The position numbers and the translations under genes were made by a program. From Torpedo marmorata (taxonomy: Eukaryota), in NCBI GenBank assembly GCA_977017645.1, contig OZ360230.1, positions 28,148,001-28,212,000 of the forward strand: a stretch of 64,000 bases of DNA, written 5' to 3'. Positions 1-12,500 of the stretch are shown piece by piece. Under the pieces are notes generated by a model. The model saw only the letters and a program-made list of their open reading frames with translations, was not told the DNA's origin and searched no databases. Within the stretch, counting starts at the first letter, position 1; every line of letters begins with the position of its first letter.

Positions 1-494
1 CCATTTCTTCCTCAAACTGTCTTTGCCTCTCGGCTTTCTCCCTTCTAAGTTTTCCTAATTCGAGCTGCCTTTGTCTCTCGGCGTCCTCTGCCTCAAATCT
101 CCTTTGCTTCTCGGCTTCCTCCACCTCAAATATCCTTTGCTCTCTGCAAACCTAAGTTTTTCTAATTCATTTTGTTCTCTCTCTCTCCTCTCTGCAACCG
201 TTAATCTAAGTTTTTCTAATTTTAGCTCAGCCTGCTTTTGTTCTCCCTTAAACTCCAATATGTTTTTCTAATTCAAACAGTATTTGTTCTTTCTCTCCAA
301 ACTTCCCTTCTCTTACATAATAGCGCTCTATAATTTTCTGAATCTCTGCCTTTTTCATCGATTGTTTCACCACCGCAAGTTCCAACTTTTGTGCGATAGT
401 CACAACTCACTCTTTTTCGCCCCCTGCAAATCTGCAATGGTGGGCGATCCCAGAAACTTATCAATGTCCATCGCTGATATCGTTCCACACACAA
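1..494 (-). mobile_element. Degenerate gag-like 5' region of a Gypsy-type LTR retrotransposon
   Basis: Minus-strand frames give a gag-like N-terminus (MDIDKFLGSPTIADLQ..., frameshifted) and an E/K/R-rich coiled coil (ORF 55-258), directly downstream of a PBS and LTR end. Confidence 0.7.
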
Positions 495-574
495 ACCTTT
501 AATTTGGCTAAAAAAAATAATTCCAATCAGTCAAATTGAAAATTAATCAATCACTCGGCTCCCAATTTGGTGTG

Positions 575-592
575 ATCCCAGCCGAGTCCCCA
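575..592 (-). promoter_or_regulatory. Primer-binding site, tRNA-Pro type, of the LTR element
   Basis: Minus strand reads TGGGGACTCGGCTGGGAT, 15/18 to the tRNA-Pro PBS TGGGGGCTCGTCCGGGAT, 4 nt after the LTR terminus ...CGTAACA. Confidence 0.75.
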
Positions 593-596
593 ATTT

Positions 597-1860
597 TGTT
601 ACGTACCAGACAGCAACAATAGAAATGAGCCCAGACGGTGTTATATTTAAAATAATATTTTAAATTATTAATTAACAATGATATAACACCTTATCTAATT
701 TATTTACACTTATCTAAACTTAACTAAACTTATCTACACTAATCTAACTTAAACGCCAAGTATGCGCGAATATACTGGTGTGTGTGTGTGGAATACCCTA
801 AGCCACCACAGCTCAAGGCATAATTCTCAAAAGGCAGTTCAAAGTTGTTTCAGAAATTCAGTGATGACACGCAGGCCTTAGCTGGACGCGACACGTATTG
901 CTTTAGATGGTTGAGACACGCAAGCCTCAGATGAAATTAGCAGTTCATGAAGTGGATGAAAGAGACCGGGGGTGACAGAATGTTAATTAACTCATGAAAC
1001 CCTTGTTGAGGTGCTTCCAATGAAATGTCCTTTTTAGACGAGTGCCAACCAAACTCCCCTCTTCTTTGGCGTAGGGGACACGAAGCAAGTGATGCTCACA
1101 AAGCTTCCAGAACCATTTTCGTGGGTCAGCCGAACTCAAGTGACTCTCACTCTGGTCACTATCCAAGCGCAGTATTCCTTCTGCAAGTAGAACCCTTTCT
1201 GTGGGTCAGCTGAACAAAAGTGACCTTCACTCTTTTGGTCACAGAGTGGTATTCTTATTTCTCTATAAATAACAGGAGGAAATCAGACAGATTGTCTATA
1301 ACCACTTATGAGACCAATCCAGCTCCGTATTTCTTCCAAGAGCTGTTTGCTCCTGTGCTGACTCCTTAAAATGGCCCCTGAGCAAAGCTGTGCACTGTTT
1401 CTTCAATATGCTGGTCACATGGTCTCTGCACCTGGGATTTTCTCTCTCTGCAAGATGTATCCAATTTAGGAACATGCTGTTTTCTGCCTGCCTTCAAAAC
1501 CTGCAGGCTTTTGTTAAATCTGTTCTCTTAAAGTCACAGTCCCACACAAATGAAAATGAACTGAAAAATGAATGGGAGCACGTCACACTTCTTTCTTATA
1601 AAGATAATCTGAAGCCAACTAAAGCATCCCTGTCATTGGCAGAGCTAAATCAAGGAGAAACCTTTAAACATCTTTTCTCAATTAGTCACTGCACCTATTC
1701 AGAAACTGCAGTGTAATTGACCTATCAAGTTCAATGCACCGAATCAATTTCAAATATACCCCCTCTGATGAATATTTCATGAAGAACACTTATTACCTTC
1801 ATGAAAAAAAATGAAAAATAGAATAGGTTACTAACTAGAATGTAAAGACCCTTTAAAAAA
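597..1860 (-). mobile_element. 5' LTR of the Gypsy element (far boundary approximate)
   Basis: Plus-strand TGTTACG at 597 abuts the PBS. It has internal tandem duplications (approx. 690-750, 865-935, 1118-1260). The distal end is not precisely seen. Confidence 0.5.
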
Positions 1861-2499
1861 ACAGATATCCAGGCTGCAAAAACAACGTGCTTGGAGCATC
1901 ATCAATCTCCAAAGTAAGAGCACTCTTTCCTCTGATGTGATTCAATGATTATTTTACAGATGCCTGTGAAATCTGAATCATGAAGAAAAATTCAATATCC
2001 TGGTGCAGATTTTTCAGTTTTGCTGATGATGAGGTGATCAGCATTGGCCATAGTGACAATAACAGCAACTTCTGGAGTACACATGCAGAAATCCAAAAGT
2101 TACTGCCAGTAATTTCCTGGTCCTCCTCAGAGTTCAGACTACTTTTAAATAAAGGCTTTAAATGTTATGCTTTGCTACATTGAGAATAAATATGATCTGA
2201 ATGCATACTTGCAATAATTACAACTTAGCAAATTTGTTTGTGAATTGTAATTCCAACATATGCATGAAAATGTGTTTTAAAATAATAAATGTATTTTAAA
2301 ACATTTCAGCTTGTACTTTAATCTCATCGAAATATTCCAAATGTTCCAATTGTAAATTGTTCAAAATATTAGTTAAAATTATGCTTTTTACTTCCTGGTT
2401 TGCTGTTGACAATTTTGAATTGCTCAGCCATCTGGATGTCATTACTTTTGCTGGATTCTAAGGGTTCTTTACAACAGACATTGGAAAACGTCCATCGCA

Positions 2500-2940
2500 T
2501 AGCACTATGAAATCGTAGATATACTAGAGCACAGAAATAGGCCATTCAACCCTTGCTGATTCAGTCATAATCATTCCCCTCTTCTAACCTCCTCTTCCTA
2601 CACTCAGGTACTCAACAGACCATCTCTTGAAATTATTGATCCTCTCCATTTCCATTATCCTCAGAGACAGTGTTCCAGTTTATTAACACTCTGTGTAAAA
2701 CATTTTTTCTCACTTCCCCTTTGCATCTCTTGCCCAAAATTTTACATCTGTGTCCCCTGCTTAGTCCTTGTACAATCACCAATGGAAACAGCTATAATTG
2801 TCCTATACATCTCAAATCTCCTCTTCCTTTGCCCAAGGGGAACATTTCCAGCTTCTTCAAACTAATCTTGTTGTTCTCAGCCCTCATCTCATGTGAATAT
2901 CCGTTGTATCCTCTCACAGATCTTCAAATCCTTCCTAAAT
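2500..2940 (-). mobile_element. Old CR1-type LINE 3' fragment
   Basis: Elasmobranch CR1-like 3' tail motif (agcacagaaataggccattcaaccc) followed by decayed ORF2 end sequence. Confidence 0.55.
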
Positions 2941-2944
2941 TTTG

Positions 2945-4645
2945 AATCGGTGAACTGGAATATATTCAAGAACTCATCCATAGACCTGAATGAATATGCA
3001 AAAGGTGTCACCGACTTCATCAAGACCTGCGTGGATGACTGTGTGCCCATGCGCAAATAACTGGGTGTTCCCCAACCAGAAGCCCTGGATGAATCAGAGA
3101 GTTCGCAACCTGCTGAGGGCGAGAACAAGGGCGTTTAAGGCCGGGGATCGGGATCTTTACAAAACGTCCAGGCACGACCTGCGGAAGGCCATCTCTGAAG
3201 CAAAGTGGCAATTCCGGAGGAGGCTAGACAGAGACAGATACACGGCAGCTATGGCAGGGAGTGCAGGCCATTACAGCCTACAAAGCGAGGGTGAACACTA
3301 TAGACGGCTGTGATGCTTCACTACCCGATGAGCTGAACACCTTCTACGCCCGCTTTGAGAAGAAGAACCAAACAGTGCCTACTAGAATCCCTGAAAAGGC
3401 TGAGGACCCTGTGATATCTGTCTCTGAGGGCGACATCAGAACATCATTCAAGAGGGTGACCGTCGCAAGGCATCAGGTCCCGACGGCGTACCTGGCAGGG
3501 TACTGGAAATCTGCGGCAACCAACTAGCCAGAGTGTTCACGGACATTTTCAACCTCTCATTGCAGCAGTCAGAGGTTCCCACCTGCTTCAAAAGGGCATC
3601 AATCATGCTAGTACCCAAGAAGAGTTGTGTGAGCTGCCTCAATGACTACCGCCCAGTAGCACTAACTTCTACTGTGATGAAATGCTTTGAGAGACTGGTC
3701 ATGGCCAGAATTAACACGTACCTAAGCAAAGATCTGGACCCACTGCAATTCACCTATCGTCACAATCACTCCACAGCAGATGCAATATCGCTGGCTCCCC
3801 ATTCAGCTCTGGATCACCTCGAAAACAGCAATTCATACATACGGTTGCTCTTCATCGACTACAGCTCGGCCTTCAATACCATTATTCCCTCAGTGCTGGT
3901 CAAGAAGCTACAAACTCTAGGCCTCTGTACCCCACTCTGCAACTGGATCCTTGACTTTCTCATCTGAAGACCACAGTCAGTATGAATTGGAAACAACGTC
4001 TCCTCCTCACTGATTATCAACACAGGCACACCCCAAGGATGCGTGCTTAGTCCACTGCTCTACTCGTTATACACCCATGACTGTGTGGCCAGGCACAATT
4101 CCAATGCCATCTACAAGTTTGCTGATGACACCGCAGTTGTCCGCAGAATCACAAACGGCAATGAGGAAGCATACAGGAGGGAGATAGACCAGCTCGTTGA
4201 ATGGTGTAACGACAACAACCTTGTGCTCAACGTCAGCAAAACCAAGGAAATGATTTGTGGACTTCAGGAGGAAGTCAGGGGAACACGACCCAGTCCTCAT
4301 CGAGGGCTCAGTAGTGGAGAGGGTCCAGAACTTCAAATTCCTGGGTGTCAACATCTCTGAGGATTTGTCCTGGAGCCTCCACGTTGATGCAATCACAAAG
4401 AAGGCTCGCCAGCGGCTATACTTTGTTAAGTGTCTGAGGAGATTCAGTATGTCACCGAAGACTCTCGTAAACTTCTACAGGTGTACCGTGGAGAGCATTC
4501 TGGCTGGTTGCATAACTGCCTGGTATGGAGGCGCCAACTCTCAGGACAAGAATAAACACCAGAGGGTTGTTAACTCGGCCTGTGACATCACAGGCACCAG
4601 ACTTCACTCAATCGAGGACATCTACATGAGGCGGTGTCTTAAAAA
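2945..4645 (+). mobile_element. Rex1/Babar-clade LINE, truncated and frameshifted RT copy (family A)
   Basis: ORFs 3261-4673 give [56 protein letters not shown]. Near-identical to the copy at 59495-61073. Confidence 0.9.
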
Positions 4646-4786
4646 CACCTCTCTCCTCAGAAAAGGAGATTAAAAGTCTCTCTTAGAGATTCAACATTGG
4701 CATCATCCACCACTGGGAACAATGAGCATTGGATCTTCCTGATTGGTGTACCTGCATAAAATGTGCTGCTTGTTCATATGAGGAAG

Positions 4787-4975
4787 CTAGAATGGACGAA
4801 GTAAAAATTGGCGACGGAAGAAGAGTTCAGCATCATGGCGTGCGCGGAACTCGTTGAGGTGTTGGCGGAGGGGGACGAAGGTGAGGCCTCTACTGAGGAC
4901 GGAGTGCTCCGTCTCAGCCCACTTCAACCACGGTGTCCACAGATTTTCGTGTTTTACTTCTAGAATGGACGAAGT
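4787..4975 (-). mobile_element. Short Penelope-like element fragment flanked by a 16-bp target-site duplication
   Basis: Peptide SVLSRGLTFVPLRQHLNEFRARHDAELFFRR is typical of PLE ORF N-termini. CTAGAATGGACGAAGT occurs at 4787-4802 and 4960-4975. Confidence 0.75.
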
Positions 4976-6324
4976 GCAGAGAATCTTGAAAATCAAGAAC
5001 CAATGATGCTGCAGCATCCCTACACCTCTGTGCCTTGTGTGAATGGTACTTTTGAGCCCAATTGGTCTAATCAGCCATCTCTGTACATCACAACACTAAA
5101 AGCTAGATGTCATGGGCTTTCTCAATTCCTTCACCTCAATTGTCTCCCTTCCATCTCATTTTAATTCATGTGATTGACATTCATCTTGGTAAAGTTCTAT
5201 AGAAACAAACATTTTACAGTTCTAAATGTCTGTCTATAATAAATGTAAATAATTAATGTTAGCCGACAATTTCAAGTCAGGATTTCACCAACTAATCTGG
5301 TCTTACAATCATCCTCTATGTAAAAAGTGTAGATTTTGCAGCAGAAATCATTAGACATCTATAAGGAGTGTGGTTGATTCTATTCACAAGCACTGGATTC
5401 AAGAGCACTGGACCCAAAACCTAAGCTGAAAGCCTCTAACTCATTACAGGCCCTTGATCAAAACTAGATTAATGATCTGTAAGATTCAAAGCAAGGGTCA
5501 ATCATTAAAACACAAAGATATTTTAGCAATGCTATTGTTAAGTAATCATAATTACAACTTTATTTAGAAGATACTAAAGAATAAAGATTTCTTAATTTAG
5601 TCAAAATCCACAGCTTTGTCTAGTGCAAGTTATGTTAAGTTTTGCATAATTAATTTTGTAAATTAATACAAGTAGGTCCTAGTATTTAAAATTAATGGTT
5701 CATTGTTTTATTTTTTTGTAGAAAATAGCTACTAGTGGATAGCTCAGGGTTTATTGGCCACCCGCTTATTCGAATTTCGGTCACAATAAAGCTAGTGCTT
5801 CCATTCAAGAGTTGAGTTAGTTATATGACTTTGTGATTTCAAAATCTTGAAAATCAAGAACTGCAACAATTAGAAATTGGAGTTATGTGGTTGATCAAGT
5901 TCCTCACTTACCATGGGTGGTCATTATATGGTATGGTGATTATGCAGTGAAGAGCTTCTGCCAGTGCTGTTAAATTCTGAAATGAAGGATTTTTACACAG
6001 AGAAGGTAAAAGAATTGTCATATATTTCCAGATTGGGATGATGCATGACATCAAGGAAAAATTAAAGTAATGGTGGTACTACCAATAGTCATAGCTACAT
6101 AAAGGACAAATGCTGTTTCTGTTTAATAAAGTCATCCAGCAACACGTACCTTTGATATACTGTTATTTTACTTGGTATCTGTTAAATAATACTTGTTATC
6201 AATGTAGTGGTAGTTTTTACTATATATTATGTTATGCAAATAATCATTTGGTAAAATTAATGGTGAGGCATGAAACTTTGAATACCACTTTTCTCAGCAC
6301 ACAACATTTTATAAATAGACTCCT

Positions 6325-7615
6325 AGAATTATAAAGCACAGAAACAGGCCCTTCAGCCCAACTCATCCATACTGAACAAGTCATCGATCTGAGCTGGACC
6401 CATTTATTTGCCTGTGATTGACCCATATGGCTCTAAACCTTTCCTATTCATTTAACTATCTAAATGTTGTAATTGTACTCACCTCTACAGCTTCCTCTGG
6501 CAGCTCATTTCATATACCCGCCATTCTCTTTGTGAAAAGAATTGCCCCCGCAGATCCTTTTTAAATCTTTCTCCTCTTACTTTAAAACTATGCCCTCTAG
6601 TTTTTGACTACCCTACCCTGGGAAAAAGACTGAGTATCTGCTTTATCTGTGCCCCTCGTGTCACCCCTCATCATCCAGGGTCCAACCTTTCCTTGTAACC
6701 CAAGCCCTCTCATCCCAATAACATTCTCGTGAATCTCTTCTGCCCCCTTCTAAGCTTCATGACATTCTTCTTGTAGCTGGGCAACTAGAACTGTACACAA
6801 CAATCCAAGTACAATCTTACCAAAGTCTTGCACAGCTGTTACATGACGTTACAATTACTGAACTTAATGCCCTGATCAATTAAGGCAAGCATGTCAAATG
6901 TGTTCTTCTCCATCCTGTCTAGCCGAGTCACAACTTTTAGGGATCTATGTACCAACATCCTTTGGTTTCTTTGTTCTGCAACACTCCCCAGGGCCCTACC
7001 ATTTACTGGTCTGGTTTAACTTACCAAAATGCAACATTTCTTCATACATTTCTGGATTAAATTTCATATGCCATGCCTGAGCCCATTTCTCCAGTTAATC
7101 TAGATCCCATTATAATCTTAAATAACCTTCTTCACAGTCATGTGCAAACTACTTTACCATGTCAATATCAGTGGATCCATCACCAATCACTGCGCCACAC
7201 CACTAGTCAGAGGCCTCCAATCTGAAAAGCAACTCTCCACGACAATTTCTAACTCCTTCCACCAAGCTAATTTTGAATTGAATTGGCTAGCTCAGCCTAG
7301 ATCCCAGTGATCTAACCTTATTGAAGAACCTAGCATGTGGGGCCTTGTCAAGGGCTCTGCTAAAGTCCATGCAGACAACATGCACTGCCCTGCGTTTGTC
7401 AATCTTCTTCATCACCTCTTCAAAAACATTCAGTCAAATTTGAGAGACAATTTCCCACACAAAAAAAAGCCATGCTGACTATCCCTAATCGATCCTTGCC
7501 TTTCCAAATGCTGGTGGATCCTATCCTTCAGAATCCTCTCCAATAACTTTGCCACTACTGATGTTCGGCTCACCAACGTGGCATGTCCTTGCAGCCCTTC
7601 TTAAGTAAAGGCACG
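6325..7615 (-). mobile_element. CR1-type LINE, decayed 3' portion
   Basis: 3' tail (aagcacagaaacaggcccttcagccca; ORF 6244-6426 contains SWAEGPVSVLY) plus decayed RT-region DNA. Confidence 0.75.
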
Positions 7616-7664
7616 ATATTAAATGGAATTTCCTGCTTTAAAAGGGCATGCAATACCATTTAAA

Positions 7665-7892
7665 GAAACACAAAGATGGCAGATGCTGCAATCTTGATCA
7701 AATAATGAATTGTTGGAGGAACTCAGCAGGTCAGACTGCCTCCATGAGTAGAAATGGTCAGTCAACATTTCGCGTCAGGACCCTTTATCAAGGTTGATAT
7801 ATTGTTGATCTTATCTTGATCTTAATAAACATTTACTATTTCTATCCATTGATGCTTTCTGGCCCATTGAGTTCCTCCAGCAGTTCATTGCA
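7665..7892. mobile_element. Penelope pLTR-derived inverted-repeat remnant
   Basis: tgttggaggaactcagcaggtcag (approx. 7710) and its imperfect reverse complement (approx. 7860-7890). Confidence 0.6.
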
Positions 7893-8043
7893 TGCAATAC
7901 CAATTATTTGGCAATGTAGAATTGTTTTTCAAGAGCAGGACATGCAAACTACATGAAAAGTATTATCACCTTTATCAGTTATATCACACAATGGAATATG
8001 CTGAAATTCATATTCTTCAGTCAAAATAAAAAGGTGGTTTATG

Positions 8044-8133
8044 TAAAAAACACAAATGCTGGAGAAACTCAGCAGGTCAAACAGTGTTTTTTATGTAGCA
8101 AAGGTAGAAATACATAACCGACGTTTCGGGCTT
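8044..8133. mobile_element. Penelope pLTR-derived fragment (same family as 25267-25459)
   Basis: cacaaatgctggagaaactcagcaggtcaaacagtgt...atgtagcaaaggta is almost identical to the arm at 25276-25331. Confidence 0.7.
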
Positions 8134-8199
8134 AGGTTTAACTCGTTATACTTCAAGGTGTTTTCCCTGTCTCACCGTGCAGCGTTTCCAGAGCAAATC

Positions 8200-8640
8200 T
8201 AGTCATCAGATGGAGAGCTGAGTTTATTTTTGAAGCTGGGGGTATTGGTTGATGGGAAGCAGCCTGGATGGGGACCCCCCAAAAGGCTTTCCCTTTGTGT
8301 TGGAAGTTTAACACGAAGAATATTTCTCTCCTGAAATCAAAATGTCTCTGGTAATAACAGGGACTCTATCAGAGGCATCTTTGCTCCAAGATCAGGCATA
8401 TTCTCCACCTTCCACTTCGTTCTGACAAAAAGCTACAAAGCTGCCCAAAGCACTTAATGTAAATCTGCCTTCCACAGTTAAATCCTGCACTGTGTTGGCA
8501 GCCATGCCTCTGCTAGACAAGGTCGCCAGGGTCAAAATCGATTTCACAGGCCACCTGGGGAGTCCAGGCCATGAACTGACTGAGACAATTTCTGTCAGAG
8601 CTCTGTCAGCCTCCTTCCCAGGGCTGGGGCTAGGGCTGGA
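8200..8640 (-). ncRNA. Candidate 3' exon of the Sox2 overlapping transcript lncRNA (Sox2-OT)
   Basis: Minus strand 8576-8557 GTTCATGGCCTGGACTCCCC matches 19/20 a human SOX2-OT sequence as I recall it. AATAAA on minus at 8228-8223. Non-repetitive, about 24 kb downstream of the Sox2 TSS, same strand as Sox2. Confidence 0.55.
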
Positions 8641-8875
8641 NNNNNNNNNNNNNNNNNNNNNNNNNNNNNNNNNNNNNNNNNNNNNNNNNNNNNNNNNNNN
8701 NNNNNNNNNNNNNNNNNNNNNNNNNNNNNNNNNNNNNNNNNNNNNNNNNNNNNNNNNNNNNNNNNNNNNNNNNNNNNNNNNNNNNNNNNNNNNNNNNNNN
8801 NNNNNNNNNNNNNNNNNNNNNNNNNNNNNNNNNNNNNNNNNNNNNNNNNNNNNNNNNNNNNNNNNNNNNNNNNNN
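8641..8875. other. Assembly gap (N run)
   Basis: 235 Ns. Confidence 1.
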
Positions 8876-8995
8876 GGATGGTGTGGGGGAGTGGTGTGGG
8901 GGGGTGGGGTGTGGGGGGGGGGGTGGGGAGCGGGGGGCAGGCGAGTGGCGGAGGTTGGAGAGGCTGGGGCCGGGGAGGCCAGGGCCCGCACCCGC
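8876..8995 (+). repeat. G-rich low-complexity tract (G-quadruplex-capable)
   Basis: Many G3-G11 runs directly after the gap. Confidence 0.8.
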
Positions 8996-9224
8996 CCTGT
9001 CGTCCAATGGACTCTCACTGCAGAGGGTATCGCACGAAGAGGCCAGAGTGGTTGACCTTGCTGCGTGACCTCTTCAAACTTCAGCACAATTTGTCTCGCA
9101 GTTACCGTGGCGACTGGGCTCCCCAAGCTTATCCTAGTTACCACACAAAAAAAATCAGCAGAAGAGTTCTGTTTTTGCAACCTACCGTGTACTAATGATT
9201 CCGAGCAACAGTGAGCTCCACGGC

Positions 9225-9562
9225 TGCCTCCCTCCTCCTTTCTTCCTCCATCCTTCATTTTCTCTCCTCCTCCTTTCTGCCTCCCTCCTCTTCCCTCCTT
9301 TTTCCCCTCCTTTTCCCTCCCTTCCTCCTCCTCCCCCCCACTACTCCTTCCTCTCTCCCCATCTACCCCCTCCACCCTCGCCCCTCCCTCCTCTCTCTCC
9401 TTCCCTCCTCTCTACCTCCCTCCTCTATCCCTCTCTCCTCTATCCCTCTCTCCATCTGTCCCCCTCTCCACCTCCCTCCCCTTCTGCCCCCTCCTCTCCT
9501 CCCTCCCCCTCTCTCCCCTTTCCTCCCACTCCCTCTGCCCTCCCGCCCAACCCCTTCCTCCC
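9225..9562 (+). repeat. Polypyrimidine (C/T) low-complexity tract
   Basis: About 340 bp almost entirely C/T on plus. It explains the Pro/Ser/Leu and Gly/Glu/Arg ORFs here. Confidence 0.9.
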
Positions 9563-12500
9563 CTCATCATCATTATCGTGCTCATCCTCACATTCCGCCA
9601 TCCCAACGACCCTCGAAAATACCCCCATCCCAAATACCGCCATCACATTCCAAAGACACCCTCCCCCAACGCACACTAATGCCCGACCTTTATTTTCACT
9701 TGTATTAATGCACGTCCCTGTGCCAGAGTGACGGCAGCTTCGTTTCAGCGTGCAGTGAGGAACCTGCACGACCTGACACATCGCCGACACCTGTTTCCAC
9801 ATCAGGGGAACGCGAGGAAAAGAAAGTAATCGAACTCTTTCCAATTCAATGCGTTTTATTCAAATGGTTTAAGCAAAAGCCGCCTTCGTATTAAATATCG
9901 AAGGATTTCATGTCACTTCTTAACCAGTCAGTTGTTGCACTTAATGGTTGAAGAGTACTTTAAATCGTCAAGTTCAAATGTGGTTTAGGGCCACAATGGT
10001 GTTTCGTCACATCCCTGAGTGACCGAAAGCTGAGACTGATGAATGTTGCCTGCTGCCTCCGCAAGTTTTGCACTGAATGATGATGGATCGAGCAGTTAAG
10101 CCATGACTACGGGCACCTGATGGTTATCTGCCCCTTTTGTACACAATGAAGCCAACAGTGGATATGATCCCGCACACCATTAATGAGACCAACGAACTGT
10201 CCCTGCCGTTTTATTTTGTTAGACTTCCTTTTCTCCGTTGTATTTCTCGTTCATCTTTTCGATTAAAGAAATATGTTAGCATATTTTGAGTACTTGAAAC
10301 TCTATTTTCATGACCTGGTGATTTAACAAGACACACCAGACTGTAGACTAGTTATATTTGCAACGTGAAATGTTATATCATAAACGTTCTACGTTGTTGT
10401 TGGTTGGACAATTCCGATAAACACGGGTTTTGTTTGCGGCTTACCTTTCAACAAGAAATATCGTTTCCATCCGTGTAGCTCTTAATCACGATCTAAAATG
10501 TGAGCAAGTAGCTAATCATTGAAACACATGAAATAAGGTTAGAGTATGGTGAAGGCAAGTCGAATATTTGCTTTCAATGAAAATAAGGACGAAAGTTCTG
10601 GGAGTGGATATGGCTGGGAAGATTACGAAGGAGAAGAACAGAGGTTTACAGGTAAAAAGACGGAAAATACAAAAACAGGCAAAGACATTTTTTATTGATT
10701 TGGCTGAAGAGTGCTCAAGGCAGGGTGGTATTTCTTGAACTGAGTGCAGATTAATGGTGCCATAGTGCAATGCTTTTCGCCTTATGATAGCTATCACAAT
10801 GGTTTGCTTCAGGATTTGGCCAGTCGGAAGTAGGACATTGTATAATTAAGCCTTTGGCGCAAAACTACTCAGAAACACAAAGAGCTGAGCTCATCTAAAA
10901 GCTCAAGTGCCCGTAAATAAAACTTCAGGAAAAGTTATTGGAAGTGACAAATGCACGGTGACAAATAATCAATATAAGAACATTTCAGGACCCCTTTTAT
11001 TCCTGGAAATGATTGAGCGAGCTTTCAAGGATCTAAAAGAATCATTGCAGAAATTTTCAACCGGAGCATTTTCTTACAAGAACATTTTCAAAGTTCAGCT
11101 GCCAGCAAGGTTACTTAGGCGTGAAGCATGGACCTGAGTGGCAACCAACCGAAGTATCTGTAAAACAAATCTGATACACAGTCATTCGACAAATTTGCTC
11201 ACTCTTAATCTCATATTATGTCTGAAAGGTGATGTCTTGTGTGATATTTATAATTCTTCGCCTACAGCAGCGTAAATGACCCATCGTGTCACATAATCGA
11301 TGTGAGAGTCTTAGCTGTCACAGATCTACAGCCTTTCCCTAAAATGATAACGTGACTTGTCATTTGAGAAAGTTTTGTGTTTCACCATCTTGAGTAATTT
11401 GGTGCGTGAACTTCAAGCGGCAGACAATGCGTGTAAAATAGGCTGGGTTTTTTTTTCAGAAAACTACGTTGTAATGTTCTTGTCAGCTTCATTTGAAATA
11501 CATTTTACAGAGAGATAACTAGCTATTACTCAATGAACATTTAAATGTAAACAAAATTAACCACACATGTGTACATTTGTACAAAGAGGAAACGTTTTAG
11601 CAATATAATGATGTCTATTGTTTTATACTTTATTAAAAATAACAATTCCTTCATAAAATCCAATGTTATAAGCTAGAAGCACATTCATGATATGGGTATT
11701 TATATTTTTACTGAATGTCGTCTTCAGAGGTAACAATATTTAAGTAAAACATTGAAAATTAGATACTTTCAAGACTTTGTTTTTGTCTTTGCAGATTGAA
11801 AGTCACACTACTAAACGGTTTGCACAAACCACGATTACACAATATGCCTTTTGTTAGTTCATAAATGAGTTGAATTTAACAATCAAACCTATATTTCGAT
11901 CTACATTACTCAGCTTTATCATCATTTCTAATCCCTTTACCATCGGTCAAAGACAACTAGAGTTTTTTTTAAGTCTCAGAGAGCCAAGGCTTCCGTTTCA
12001 CTGGTTAAAATTGATTGTAAGCAGTAATACATTTTAACCTAAATAAATTAGTATCAAAATAAAAGCCAAATGCTAAGACCGGCAGATCTCACTACAACCC
12101 ACCCGAGTCTTTTGAAAACAGTTAACATTTGCTGAATATTAAGTAATACAATGTTTAGATAAATGGCTTTTCCAAAAAAAATGTGAGCACAGGGTTGATT
12201 CCTGGTGGTTTTCAATACCGAAGAAGGTTAAGAAAAAGACTGCTGACTTTGGGGAATTCTTTGCAATTTAATTCTGGATCTCGACCGAACAATTAAGCAT
12301 CAGTATTAACAACTGCTTTAAAAGCGTGCTTCCTTTATGTGTATTTTAATGAAATGGTAATGCGTGAGTTTTAGTGCAGAATACTGAAATCTCATCCTCT
12401 GACTGGTCCCCATTAGTCAGAGAGCTGTCAATTCCAGCGAACCACAATCACGAGACCCATAGTGATAGCACTCGGATCTCTAATGATGGTTAAGATAACC

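Noticed and set aside
4982-5861. 19-bp direct repeat AATCTTGAAAATCAAGAAC at about 4982 and 5843
   Set aside because: No recognisable element between the copies; cannot be assigned as a TSD or a functional feature.
7760-7795. Active hammerhead ribozyme in a Penelope remnant
   Set aside because: Minus strand CTTGATAAAGGG...CGAAA lacks the intact CUGAUGA core; the copy at 8120-8133 is truncated.
8392-9844. Long ORFs (327, 187, 178, 165, 134 aa) around 8.4-9.8 kb
   Set aside because: They run through an N gap and low-complexity G-rich or C/T tracts; there is no domain signal.
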